Assembly: GCA_030704615.1 (NCBI GenBank)
Contig: CM060734.1
Location: forward strand, 55,862,001 to 55,926,000
Direction of reading: 5' to 3'
Length of the DNA: 64,000 nucleotides
Origin: Takakia lepidozioides
Lineage: Eukaryota; Plantae; Bryophyta
Shown: positions 13,422 to 26,686 of the stretch, piece by piece
How positions within the stretch are numbered: the first letter of the stretch is position 1
Layout of the letters: every line of letters begins with the position of its first letter
Notes under the pieces: generated by a model
What the model was told of the DNA's origin: nothing
Database searches by the model: none
Seen by the model: the letters and a program-made list of their open reading frames with translations, nothing else
Position numbers and translations under genes: made by a program

Positions 13422-16400
13422 CTAATTGACAAATTCGAGTGATGACATTGGTTGTCCAGTTGAAAGCTGCATGGCACTTTCAGCAATCACCTGCAAAGAA
13501 GATAGTAAATGCTCAAATGCAAAATGACGAGTAAAATGCCATGCTCTTACTAGCCTCCCTTCCATGCTTCCATTCTCATAAATAATGTGCCCCTGGCTTC
13601 TGTTTCATGTTTTAAGTGAATTGAGAATGAAGCAAAAGATAATGGTGTGTGGTACTTGCGCCTGACTGGAAGACAACTTGAACATGTCACAAACAATCTT
13701 AGTCGATGTGTGTGGACTTGAAAGACAAAATTCACCACACTACATGTCAAGGCAAACAAGCACAATTTTGGACAACTACTAAAAGTGGCAAGAGTGGGAG
13801 ACAGTGAGGTGCATACACACACCTTTGCCATTCTTCTGTAAGAAAGCTCTGTCACACCGGCAACGTGGGGTGTGATCAAGACATTTGGATACTGCAGGAT
13901 GGGGTCTGACGGATCAAATGGTTCTGACCATGTCACATCCAAAGCCAGCCCACCCAGTTGCCCAGACACCAGTGCTGCCCTCACAGCATGGTAGTCTAGC
14001 AGCCCTCCGCGTGCCACATTCACCAGTCTTGCCCCCTACCCTTCCAAGCCATTTGAACATTAAACATGTTGAAAGAGTCAGACTCCGCAAGAGTGTGTAG
14101 GACTTGCTCTAGGACGACGCCCCATGCAGCTCACTATCTCACCCAATGCAACCATGCTGTGTCACAGTAAGCACTGTCTGCAACAATGTCAAGCATAGGC
14201 AAGCTAAATTGTGCACTTATACTACCGTAGGAAGAGGGTTTGTTAGGGCCCTGCACTATGAATTGTGTTATCCAGTCCATCCAAGAATATGGCATGAGAT
14301 CCTTTCTGTCAAGGTGTTTGCATACACAACTAAACATTATGGCATGTAATTTTGCCACAAAAGAACATCACATTCTTCGCGATAAAGGCATGAAACCAGT
14401 CTCTTCATCAGATGTGGACCTGACAAGGACAATTTGACAACCACAGACCATGTCAGATGGAAGCCACAAGAGGAGGAACTTTCACCTTTTTCATGGATGT
14501 AAGGAAGGTCTCATTCACCATGCCTGCCTGCAGATGGACATCAAAGGCAGCAAGCTCAGCGCAAGCCCAAACAATCAGTTGCTGTCAGTGTCCACACCTC
14601 AAGAGCAATCTCACCTCTCCCCTGTACATAACTGTCTAATGATGACATTTTGCTTTGGTGCTTTGCCATATTAGTACTAGCAAGCTCGATCTTCCTGCCT
14701 CTGCTTCCTCTCAACAGCGAATTTACCCTTGTTAGAGAGAGAACAAAACAGCAACATTCCTAATCAAGTAGTTTGGTCTAATCTCAGAGTCAGCTGGAGC
14801 GCAAGGAAAGCCATGGATAACAAGTACGCAAAGTCACCGTGGCAGGGTTGAGCACGCAGCAGGTCATAACAATGTCGGCACGACTTGCAAAGTCGAGGAG
14901 CAGCTCTGTGCCACCCTTTTCCTCAATCAGGTCATCTTCATCATGACTTGGTGCAGATGTATATGAATTTGAACCTGCAGTTAGGCACATAGTGTTGATC
15001 AAGAAATTCCAGCTGAAGCCACTTCTTATTGGAAACAAGGAGTATGGTGCATACATCAATACCTTCTAGACCAGCATTGCATGAGTTGTACTGCTTGTTC
15101 CAAGAGGGTGTAATAGCAAGAAGCCGAACTCCAAACACTTTCAGTCGTAACGCCAGCTCTTTGCCTATACCGCCATACCCAATGATCAACACCTGCTCAC
15201 GGCCAGTGGTAGATCAGAAACATTATAGGTGGCCAGTGAACTGTAACATAAACTGATTGATAGTTCAATGCTCACAGTGGATATAATACAACCTTGAGGA
15301 CACAGTCCCCATAGGATGCTAACCCTGCCAAAAGCTGGTCAGCGGGATTTAATCCACCTGGCCATGATACCAACCTTGCAGAGAGAAAACAAAGGAACTT
15401 TAACATTCAGAAATTTACAGAGAGACACACAGAGAGACAACAATGTCCCCTTAATCCCCCACATTGTCCTGCTTGCCACAACCCAATACTTAGAAACAAC
15501 ATTTTTTGGGTTAAAAACTGAATAGATGCCTCATGGAGGGCTCAATTGACAAGGAGGCTGATGTCAAGTTTGAGGGGAATTGAGTGGACCATGAGCTGAG
15601 GATGAAAAGAGGTGGCAGGGGAAGCTATGGCACCGTTTTCCCATACAATGTTTCCCCTGTGGGTTCACCCAATCGCCTCTCTGAGATAGCCTGTGCCATG
15701 CCTTTCTGCATTTACACCAGACAAAACGTCCATTAGTATACATTCTGACAAAGCCCAGTCCAACATGCTCCGGTATACTCAAGAATTCAAATTCATCGGC
15801 AACTGTCACTCTGCTGCTCATTCTAGAAATCCAACCTCCACTCAGAAGCCACTTGAAAGGTGCAGACATGAGTATTGTGAACTAACATAAACACGTTCGG
15901 TTGATGCCTCAAAACAAATGACGACTCAGGCTTCAAAAACCAGACAGCAGACTCCTCACAACTTACCTGAGCTTCATCTCACCTGATCACGAAGGAGCCC
16001 AAGAAGAAGATAGATGGCATGCTCAGCGCACGAAAGGGCATTACCAGTGCCGCCACTGGGAATCCTTGCCACCTTGATCCCTGCTCGTGTCGCAGCTTCC
16101 ACATCGACGCCTGAAATGCCCCAGCACTCGCTTGAACATGACACATCCAGGAAGCGATCACAACGTTTTACTTCTTTACAACTTCACATCCATATGCAAT
16201 GCATCTCACCTCTCCCCATTAGCGTCCGCCTCTGCACCCGCTAAGTCCCAAACCAAAAAACAAACGACTCAATTCAAGCAGTGCCAACAGAGAAAAAACA
16301 CGGTCATCCTTTAGAAGTAGGAGGGTGCACCTTCAAGGCCAACACCAAACTGCACAATCAGCTTGAGACATTTTGCACGCTCAATTAGCGCAGCATCAAG

Positions 16401-16682
16401 CCGCATCATTCTGACCACACAGATATCGTACTCCGAAATCTTCTCCGGAACCTCCTCCCGGGGCCAGGCGTCCATCTGCCCTGCATTCACCACTCCTCAA
16501 CTGAGCACCACAGACCCATGTCCCACCATAGAGCTTAACACAATCCTCAAGCAGGAAATCCATCAATCACTCACAACAAGATGTGGGAATGGCTCCAGGC
16601 ATTCTCGCGTATATTCCACCGCCGCAGGAAACTCGAGACCACAGAAGAGCAGCCGCACTTGCTTGGGCGCTGCCTCCGCCAT
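13422..16682 (-). CDS. D-isomer-specific 2-hydroxyacid dehydrogenase (At1g72190-like), about 347 aa from ATG 16682; an upstream in-frame ATG at 16877 is possible
   Basis: 9 exons: 16682-16575, 16475-16331, 16110-15983, 15705-15634, 15192-15063, 14974-14838, 14527-14486, 14035-13823, 13490-13422. Motifs: QFGVGLEGVD, GNALSCAEHA, Rossmann IIGYGGIG, VNVARG, LDV..EP, ITPHVAG. Confidence 0.93.
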
Positions 16683-18681
16683 CTCTCTCCCTCTCTCTCT
16701 CTCTCCCTCTACTGCCCTCCCCACATTCCTGCTCCCAAATTTGTTCTGCTGGTCCTTCCCGACTACGCAATGCTTTCTCTCCGGCTTGTCGCGGGACCAG
16801 CTTTTCACGAAGGACCTATGTTGCTGCATGCATGGAATCCATCGGTTTCGGGCAGGCCCTAAAATTTTGTACAGCATCCTAAGATTTTGCAGGTGTTCAC
16901 TGTATTTTCGATCCAGCTCAAGGTAAATCAAGAGAAGAAGTTAGCAGGGAACCATTGAGTTGATCCCTCTCTACTCGCTATCGATCTATCGGTGTGACTG
17001 AGAATTGTGGCTCTGCAATGCTCCAGAAAGCCCACGGCAAAACTGTCACACATATCTGCGATGACCTGCTCTCTAAATGAAGGAGTGGAGCTGGCACCTC
17101 TTATTAGAAGTTGCATTGCGGTTTCCTCAGTCTAGTGCGAACACTGTCATATCAGAGAACCATGGTGGGTATTCTCAAACACCCATAGTATATCCCACAG
17201 GGCTGCTTTTCCATGTTTCCATTATCTCTGTCTCTCTCTCCTCTCACACTCAAGCATTTCTACACCTTTCCTGGGTTCCGAGTGGACCATTCCCGTCCAA
17301 ACCCAGTAGCAGGATTTGAGCCCAGAGTCATCTGATTGTCAGAGAGTGCACTATCCAACTGAGCTAGTAGCTGGTAGCTTTCTATTGGTGGGTTTTGAGT
17401 ATATAAAACAAAAGTGAATAATAGTTCTGAGACATTGTTTGTTGGCAAGGTGAAATAACAGGGAGCAGTTTGTTAGCTGGGGATTGCCGGTAGTAACGGA
17501 CCTACCTTCGGAGGCTTGCTTGGCTGTCGCTCTGCCTTCTACAGTTTGCAATCCTCACCCTCGCCCATTGTTGTGGGGGGATTGGCTGAGGGATTTGATA
17601 CCAACCCATTGCCTTTGTTGAGCACAAGGTCTGCCACTGATTCGAGACTGATTTGTTCGGGAGATTTTTGGTCAGTATACCTGCCCTAGACCTAGAAACT
17701 GAATTTTGCTTGGATTGGTCTGAAGAGAGGGGGAAGGGGAGTGAGAAAGAGGTGTTCATCATTTGGAGGATACTGGTGTCGGGTTACTATGTTGGATGAT
17801 GAGCCGGAGAATGCAGCGGGCTGTTGGTGCCAGTGATATCAAGAATCTTGTTTGAGATCAACTTATTGGTTGTTGGTGGCACGCTCAATTTGTTTGGTGG
17901 TCCTTACTGATTGTTTGAGACATTGATACATATGTACATTCCTTGACCTTGACTGTGTGAAGGCCGTGACAAATCCTGCTGGATACTTTATGCATTAGTG
18001 GGGAATTTTGCAGCGAAAGCCTTTGTGGTTAGATAAAGGCTGGTGATAGGATTTTGGATCGCAGAGTTTATGACAATTTGTATCAACTGTTCAGCTCAAC
18101 CCGTTATCGATTTTTGTGAATGCCGGTCTTACTCCTTCTAGCCTGTGCATTAAAATCTTGTCATGTTCTCCCGAGTTTTAGGTGTGGAAAATATGCGTCC
18201 TTGAAAATTAGGTCACAGAAGACACCTGCAGAACTCCTTCATTATATTGTAGTAAAATCAGACCTAAAGGTAGCACTTGGCTGAGTCAATTTTCAGCTCC
18301 CACTTTTTCTTGGGTTTCTGATGCAATGTATGGACTCTATATTCAGCTTTATTTTTAGTATGATTGTAGGGGCTTCTGGCCCTGGCTGAGTCACTCTGGG
18401 CTGGTCCATGATCGCAGTATGGTTGTGGACCTAAAGTTTCAAGCCTCGCACTTATTGTCCTTTCAATCAATGAGATGGGAAGCATGCTGGTGTGCATGAA
18501 ACATTTTTGCAAAAGATAGCTCCTTCTGGGGGTGTTTGTGATGGTCTATTCTAGAAAGAGAGGGAGGTAGTAGGAGGAATTGAGAACTGCAGTAAACTGC
18601 TGATTTAGGGTTCAAAGCTAGAGGGCCACGGTCTACTGCAGACAGCTGTTAATTGCCCCATGAATTATGTCTACTGCAGGA

Positions 18682-21600
18682 ATGGCAACAGTGCCAGGAG
18701 CACGAGAGGGGGACTGGAAGTGTGGAGGCTGTGACAACAGGAATTATGCCTTTCGGTCCATGTGCAATCGCTGCAAGCAGCCGCGCTTGCTAGTTGATCC
18801 TACCACCCCAGCTGACTCCAAGTGGCTGCCTCGCATTGGGGACTGGATTTGCGCGGGTTTTCCCCTCTCTCTATTCCTCTTCTTTTCTTTCCCTCTGATC
18901 CTGCTCTTCCTTTGTGTCCACAAGGTCTCTGAACTCACGTTTTCCCAAGAAATCTGGCCGGATTTAAAGAACACATCGATTCTATTCGATTGGGAAACAG
19001 ATATGATCTGGGGATTTTGGAGCGGCTGCCATGTGCTTGGACAGACAATCAGAGTGGCTTGAAAGAGTGGACACCAACTGGGGGTAACTGCCATTGAACA
19101 AATAGCACAACTTTGTCAAATGTAGAGTGCCACAAAGTTGCAAGCAGCATGAGTCTTTAGGTTGTTGCATATGCTTCAGCTGCTGCTATTCCATGCCGCC
19201 TCAGTAGTGTGTGGAATGTGTGGGTGTGTCGGTGTGGGTGGGTTGCGTCTCGTGGGGCCAAATTTCGTGGGGGGTGGGCTTGGAGGGGATGTGGGGTTCT
19301 CTTTTTATTTGTGCCGGGGATATGATCCAATAGGATGCAGCAACAACAACTATGCATCAAGGGAGAAGTGCAATAAGTGTGGGCAAGCCAAGGAGGTGGC
19401 CGCCGTGGCAGCACAGGCACTGTCAGTTCCAGCACTCACTATGGCTGCGGTCCCCACAGCTGTGAGTCCGTTAAACCTAAGTCTGAACATGGGCATGGCA
19501 GTGCCCATGAGTATGCCTATTCCTATGAGTATGAGCTGGCCTTGGAGCACCCCTGGAAGTGGTGGCATTACTGGTGGTGTCCCAAGCGGTGGCGGTTGGC
19601 GTATTGGTGATTGGATCTGCACCTGTGGCTTCCACAACTACTCCTCGCGCTTGACGGTAGTGACCAGCATTACCATTCCTTCTGTGAATTTTTGGTCCGT
19701 AAGCTGTGAGAAGCTCTTAAAGTGCTGATGCATTGGACCTGTGTGGCCCCGGAATTTAACATGCAAGAATACAATCAGTTGTTGCATGATACTTTGAAAA
19801 CATGAAAACTTTGTAACAGTAGAGGTATGAATAGGGAGAAAGAGAACAAAAATTGTGGCTGAAAATTAAGGAAAATTAAGGAATTTGTCTTGTTTCCTGA
19901 TCAAGGCTTGATGGATCCTTGGGGTGGAACATACAGTGCAAACAGTGCCATACACCTTCAGCAGCAGTGGCTGCCGCAGCAGCTGCCGCTTCTGCCACAC
20001 CTCTCTCGTCGGTGCCTTCTCTCTCGTTTTCAGGTTCTCTTCTTAATGTGTAGATGTCATTTTGTTTTTGCAGAGTTCCTTGCTGATGTATTGAGTTCCC
20101 TAGATTACATAGTATCCTAATATGCAAAAGGTTCTGTCCTCTCTGTTCTATTTCTGTGCTGCCTCTTAAATCCTTGCTTTCCTTCGTTCTTAACCTTTTC
20201 TGTACACAGTTGTTTAGGTTCACAAGGCTGATGCAGAAAGTTCTGAGAAGATACCCTAAGTTTCTGTATATTCTTTTCTGCTCTGTTTGGCCTTTCTGAT
20301 TTTTCCGTGCCATCTCATGTATGGTAGCTAAAGGTGGGCAATTGGATGGATCATAGCACCTGGAACCAAGCGCCTAGCATCAATTGAAGCAGCCAGTGAC
20401 TGGGCCAGCAAGCGCCAAAATATGGGCTCTGACAACCTGCGACAGCAGAACCTGGTATGTCATCCCCTTTCTGGGTTCCCACATCACTGACTTTTTCCTA
20501 TGGTGTTTTAGGCTAGCTAGACTTTTCATTGTGAGGTTCATTATGTGGGACATGAAGCTGAGATAATGGTGAATTGGCAGCAGCAAGCACAACTCGCATA
20601 TGGAGGTTGGGAGAATAGTGTCAACTATTTGGCTGGGCAAGCCACATCGGCAGGGCTGAATTTGCAAGCAACTTCTGCAGGGCTAAATTTAGGCATCGCT
20701 ACACCAGGGTTGCAAGCGCCCGCTCTCCTAGGCAAGGGGTATGGGCGTGATTGGCTTGTTCTTTCTTCTTCCTCCCCTCCCCCTCTTTGTGCCTCCTGCC
20801 ATCAATTTGCTTGATTCTCACGCGCTGTGTTATCTTTGTGGTGTAATTCTTCTGAATGCACTTCAGTGTATTGCTCTGGAAGGATGGATCATGGCATGAG
20901 GCATCTTATAGAGGGGCTTTTGGCAGATGGTGGTTGATCAACCATCTCTTTCCTTGCGAATAATATGGACTTGATAGTTTCAACATGGAATAGATTGCGG
21001 CACTCGAGAATCTTGATTGATCATGATACCATTTTCCACCGAAATTGGCTAAGGGTTTATTTGCAGGACTCGTTTTATGAGGCTTGGTCTAACACCAGCA
21101 AGTACGATACGGTTTTAGAATCAGAGTGTAGGATTTTGAGCAAACCAAAGGCAGCGTGAGCATGGGTGTGGCAATGATACTCGAGTGGTGCATACTCAGG
21201 TGAAACATGATCAGCTGAACATATTTAGTTCATGGTCTGGTTATCCCTGATGTTTGATCAACTCTGTGGAATGCATTGTTTGCATGAAAACTACAGCGCA
21301 AAGCAGTGGCGGGTCGGGGATTGGATGTGCACGAGTTGTAGTAATCACAACTTTGCTTCTCGAGACACCTGCAATCGGTATGATCTTCCTAGTGTTCCTG
21401 TCAGATAAATGGTTTGCCATTAGAGTAGTTAATTTTAACAAAGAGGGCATGTCTGTAACATCTATCCATGGTAATAGGCCTCACATGACGGCAGTTGGAG
21501 ATGAACACTGTTTTCAACAGGAGTCATATAGTCAATTCTCCAGAGTCATGAACAATAATTCATTGGACATGCAAGTATAGTCATAGTGCTAGAAATGTGT

Positions 21601-22034
21601 AATGCTGTTGGAAGTTGTCGGAATCGCACCACTGGAGGGTCACAGGCCTTCTCTGCTCACCTTAACGCAAGAAGGAACTGGAAGTTTTCCGATAATCGTA
21701 TCGTATTTGGCAAATGGATTAATGTGGCTCTGCTGGTCTTCTTGGGACCTACATATTTAGTGAAAGATGTACATGAGACTGCTCCACAAGGTCTGGCAGG
21801 TGGGTCGTTGAGTAGATATCTGGAGGGTGAATAGGGATTTGTTCTATCAGGAACCAGCATATGTTCCAATCAAGAACGCAATTCTGCACTGGACAGGGGA
21901 AGCTATTTTGACATTCCCTTGGTCATGGAGCCTGTGTTATATTATAATTGGCTTGCCAATGTTATGTGAGGTGGCTTGTTGGCAGGTGCGGAAATGGCAA
22001 GATTGAGGGTGTTCAAACCATGCGCGTTTCTTGA
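18682..22034 (+). CDS. RanBP2-type zinc-finger protein with four fingers (RNA-binding, At1g67325-like), about 326 aa
   Basis: Exons 18682-18856, 19334-19656, 19937-20033, 20357-20454, 20581-20738, 21297-21377, 21986-22034. Four GDW-x-C..N..R..C-x2-C fingers. An acceptor AG at 18678-18679 just before the ATG implies a 5'UTR intron. Boundaries of exons 3-5 are less certain. Confidence 0.88.
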
Positions 22035-22789
22035 TTCTTCATCAAGTGGAAGCGTCCCATGGGGCTCTTTCTAACTTTCTTGAGCAACCTTCACTGGTCA
22101 TTGCCAGATCTTCTCCACCAAGGCTGTGACTTCCAATCAGATTGCCAGGTCAGTTCCTAGTGGAGGAGAGGCCGCCTTAACTATCCGTCAGGGAGACCCA
22201 TAAAAGTGCAGGAACTTCTCTCAACCGCCCAACCTGACTTCACAGATGTCTCCATACTTTTGATATGGCTCAGGCAGATGCCTGCACCAGGGCGTGGTGG
22301 GAGAAAGTTCTGGCATTTTTGGAGGCAAGAAGCACAGGTCTCAACTTGGGGAATTCCTAGTTACTACAAATTGGTGGTGCCCCTTCTGGAAAGGAAACAA
22401 GTTTACGGACATTTTGCACATTTTTTTAATAAACTTTGCCACTGTGTATAGTGTGGAAAAGGTGTTCTAATTCCAACCAAAAGACTCCATTCCAGAGTGG
22501 TGTTAAATGATGACTTTGGCATCTCGCAAGCGGCTCCTGTATGGGACTGATGAGCAGACACATGTTTGAAAGAAACTGAAGTGAACTTCGCAACCACGAA
22601 TTTCAAAAATCTCTTGTTGCACTTATTTTGCAAATCAATGCCCTTAGACAATAGAGCTGCCCTTGGATATCTAAAAGGTGGTTCAAAGGATAGTGCACAC
22701 AGACTTCTGAGCTGCATAACAGTGCATTAAAATTTTAGTTAGATTCCACGTATGAAACATTGAAGAATGTGATGATGTGTAAAGCAGTT

Positions 22790-25740
22790 GATCTCTTATC
22801 CGTCAACCGGAATCTTCATATCGGAAAACCAGTTTGCTTTGATCTCTACAGCAGTGCACCAACCGAGTATCTGACCATGTGTGTGAGACCGGCACTCCTT
22901 ACAGTGTACGAATGATTTGAAAGCTGTGCTTTGCGACCAAGCTTTTCTGAAGATGTCCTGCAGCCGAAGTTTTCCAACATTGTCAAAGTATTGTCTTTCA
23001 AACCCTCGACTCTCATAAAGCAAATCCATACCCCAAAGTGATCTTTAGGTCCCACGAACAGACAGCGTCGGTGGAATCACGTAACCTTCCTCACTCCTTC
23101 TCGAACTTCGTTGACAGGTTTAGTCTGTGATTGTGTATGAGACAAACTATCTAGTCTACGTGTAGTGACTAATAAAAGCTAAAATATATCTACTTTAGGC
23201 TTGTGCGCACCGAAACCAGTCCTGAGAGGGACCCGCTGGCAGATGTCGAGCCAGTTTGGTGTTTTGACAATCTGGATCTTCGTATTCGATATGATGTCCT
23301 GCAGATACTTCAAAATATGAACTGCAGTTCCTACAGTTTTCACCACATGGCTCTGAGGTTGTTTGCAGATCCCTCTCTGATTACTTCACCAGGAACGAGT
23401 CGCAGGCCAAAATCCGACTTACAGAACATGTTTCCGACCTTGGAAACCTACAGATTCAACTGTAGCAAATGGTAGCATAATCCGAGAAAAAACATCACTT
23501 GAGCCAGGCTCATTTGTTTGATTTAAACTTCCTGCTGCAAGTTTATTCTTTTGAAGAGACACTGTAGGACGAGCACTAAGCCCTTATCGTAACTCAGAAG
23601 GCAGCGCTGAAGGCTGCATGAAACCCACATGAGGTGGGCTGTCTGCAACGTCTTCAGATCCCTGTCATTCATGACAAATATGATAATTCTTTCATTCATA
23701 TTCGCCGAGCTCCCAACATGTTTGGCAGCTAGAGACTGTTTATGTAGGAATGGGCTGTATCAACGGTTGCAGGGACGTCACAAAAGTGTATTGGCCTAGA
23801 TGTTTAACAGCCCAGGATCTCACAAGCTTGACTTACCAAACAAGACTACCTGCCAGTTTGTTGGGAAAGCTTCAAACTAGTCTGTCGGTGACTATTCGCC
23901 AAGTCTGATTCCAAGCATTGCAACGACCGAGAAACAACATGCCAACTTGTGAGAGAGCAGGTTGTCAGAGTAAACTGCATGAATGCTTGGTTCTCCATTT
24001 TCTTCTTCATGATCAAATCATTGAAGAGGAACTCCAAACATGGTCATTTGATCCTCACATGATGAGTCTCTTTGGAATCCAAAGATCCCAGTGACTTGAG
24101 GACCCTGGGGTGAAGCTTACTAATCTTGACACTTGAGGCGCGCCGCCGGCTTCTTGCCTGCTGTCCGTTACGGAACGGATAGTCTGTGCGGACTGTCGTT
24201 CAACGAATCAAGCCTAGTACTTTACCTGAACTGATTTCAGATTGTCCAAGTTCGCCGCGGATTTCACAGTTGAAAGTTCCCATTTCGCAGTACGCATACT
24301 CTGCAGAGTTTCGACGATACCAGAGGTGGGCACTTTCGAATGGCCAGTTCCCCTTTGATGATGATCAGCACGAGTTGTTGTATTCTAGCCCCTCGCACTC
24401 TTATCAAGGCTCGGAGTTCAGTAGTCTATTGGGACCCAGAGGGCTTTTTCTTCTTTCTGAGAATCAGGATAAATGGTCCCTAAGGTAAGCGTCTTCGGAT
24501 GTTACTACCGAAGCTTTTGCTCCGTCCGAATCTTGTGGGGACATTCCGATTGTTCGGGAAAAACTTTATTTTCCCTTTCCAAACTCGACAAAAATGCATT
24601 AACTCGTGTCTCGGTTGGTACGCCCCTCAATCAACATGATGTGGGGCAGAGGAAATATATGGAGTGATGATGAGCGATATGGTGAAGGTCGAGGGGAGCA
24701 GGCATATGACGGAACTGTGTGTCGTCTTCTGGCGCAAATCAAGAGCGCAGCGCGGGTGTAGTAAAGAAGGACAGGAAAGGATTGCTATGAGTGCCCCTGG
24801 AAAGCAGAACTTGAAAGTTGCGGCTGCGGCCGTCAGCATGCAGCTTTCTAGCAAAGATGACAAGGAGCACGTGAGCCTGCCACTGCCTACCTGCAGACTA
24901 GGCCATAAAGCAGTCACATACCCAACAGAGTCGAGAGGAGCTCTGGAGGAGCTGTGGTGGAGCCAGGATAGGAAAACATGAGGTGCTGCTCGGCTTTTGT
25001 GTCCCCGGATAATAATTCCTATAGGCCAGATTGGCGGCGTCTCAGTGCCCACTCCTCCTAATGTCAGGGCCCAAGAGAGGATGGGCGAGTTCACCGGAAT
25101 CTCCCTCGTGAGTCGTCCCGACTCCCGACTATGTCGTCTCCCCGAACTTCGAAGTCGAGTGTGCCGTTCTGAAGCAGACATTACTGCAGAGCCAAAATCA
25201 GTTATCAGGACATCAATTGAGCTTCTGCACTGGGAATATCCATTTAGAGCTCTACTCCTCCCTCCCCGGCTCATAATAAAAGTCTGTTGGCCAACATCTC
25301 ATAAGGTTTTTTGTTTCTTCCCAGAACTATTCCCTCCACTTCTGAATCTGCAGGGTGGCCATGTGAACCTTAGCGTCCACCGTACCTCCTCTTTTGCAGA
25401 CCCCCTGTACATAGCTACAGGTCTACAAGACGGCATCCCAACCGATCCACATCAGATCGACAGGATTCAACTCATCATGGATCCCAAAATTCAACACTGC
25501 AAACTTCCCACCTATATCCCAAGGTATTCAGAGCCCAACAACTCGAAAGACTATGAACAGGTCTACATACTGTAGTTTCTTCTGTTCTGGCCAGCACTGA
25601 CGGTAGTACCTAGACCTGCAGAGAAGTATCTGCAGAGCTTGTTGTCTCGCAGGTCGGGGTGGCAGAGACGGCGACTAAGAATACTCCGACAGCATGTGCC
25701 GCCTGAGCTGTTGCTTACTCATCGTCCAAATTTACCCCCC
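22790..25740 (-). pseudogene. Heavily decayed coding relics, possibly F-box/LRR
   Basis: An F-box-like TCCRSILSRRLCHPDLRDNKLCRYF lies near 25705-25625, followed by LRR-like KKLQYVDL/LEYLGI pieces. There are many stops and frameshifts, and the family assignment is pattern recognition only. Confidence 0.25.
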
Positions 25741-26301
25741 GTCTCTTTAGACGGGGTTTTCGATTATTTTAGGGTTCCATTTCCAGCATAGGCAGAGGAG
25801 ATCGCGAGGTCAAATCCTGGATAGAGCGACTGACACTGCTGGAAAACAAATCATAAGTGAAACGGCAACATGCGCGTGCGTGGGCTATAAACGCCGTGAC
25901 AGACTCGTGCTGATCTTTATGACCTAATAGTTGTGTCGGTGTGTGAGTGCAGTCGTGCTCCCACACATTCCTGCTACGTTCATGCACATGTTTCAATCCA
26001 CAGTGGCAGATTAGAGTCGGTGCTCCGCTCGCATGCTGCGGATCTTCTACTGCTGCTCTCAAAATCGTGATATTATGATGCCTGCGCTTTTGCGAAATAG
26101 TGCTTCGGTGTTTGGTGGTTCGGATGAGAAATAGGTTTCAAGAAGTCGACCATCTGCATCATTCTGCCGGCTCTGAGACAACTGCAAACACCAAACAGGG
26201 AGGTTTCCGCTGCTTTTTCATCTCCAAGATATTTCTGGACAGATTCACTGTTTGGACCGCTTGTACTGTTTGTGCTTTTTTCCAAAGGAAGCGCATGTGT
26301 A

Positions 26302-26686
26302 GGCTTATCTGCATTCATGACATTGGCCTTCTTGCTTAAGCGGCCTAAAGGTTGCAGATATACTTACACTCACATTTGGTTAAGGAGATCTGGCTGTTGT
26401 TTGAACAATCTGAGACTATGTCGACCAACAGCGGCTTATCTGCATTCATGACATTGGCCTTCTTGCTTAAGCGGCCCAAGGTTGCCGATATACTTACACT
26501 CATATTTGGTTAAGGAGATCTGGCTGTTGTTTGGACAATGAGACTATGTCGACCAACAGCGGCTTATCTGCATTCATGACATTGGCCTTCTTGCTTAAGC
26601 GGCCTAAGGTTGCCGATGTACTTACACTCACATTTGTTTAAGGAGATCTGGCTGTTGTTTGAACAACCTGAGACAATCTGTCGACC
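26302..26686 (+). repeat. Tandem repeat, 3 x about 130 bp, near identical
   Basis: Units start GGCTTATCTGCATTCATGACATTGGCC at 26302, 26433 and 26561. More diverged copies lie at about 26735-26820, 26900-26965 and 27428-27535. Confidence 0.92.

Noticed and set aside
24627-25274. Protein kinase suggested by VLITDFGSA
   Set aside because: No HRD, VAIK or APE motifs at appropriate spacing, so the DFG is likely chance.
26302-26686. CRISPR-like array
   Set aside because: Whole units are repeated with no unique spacers, the context is eukaryotic and there are no cas genes.
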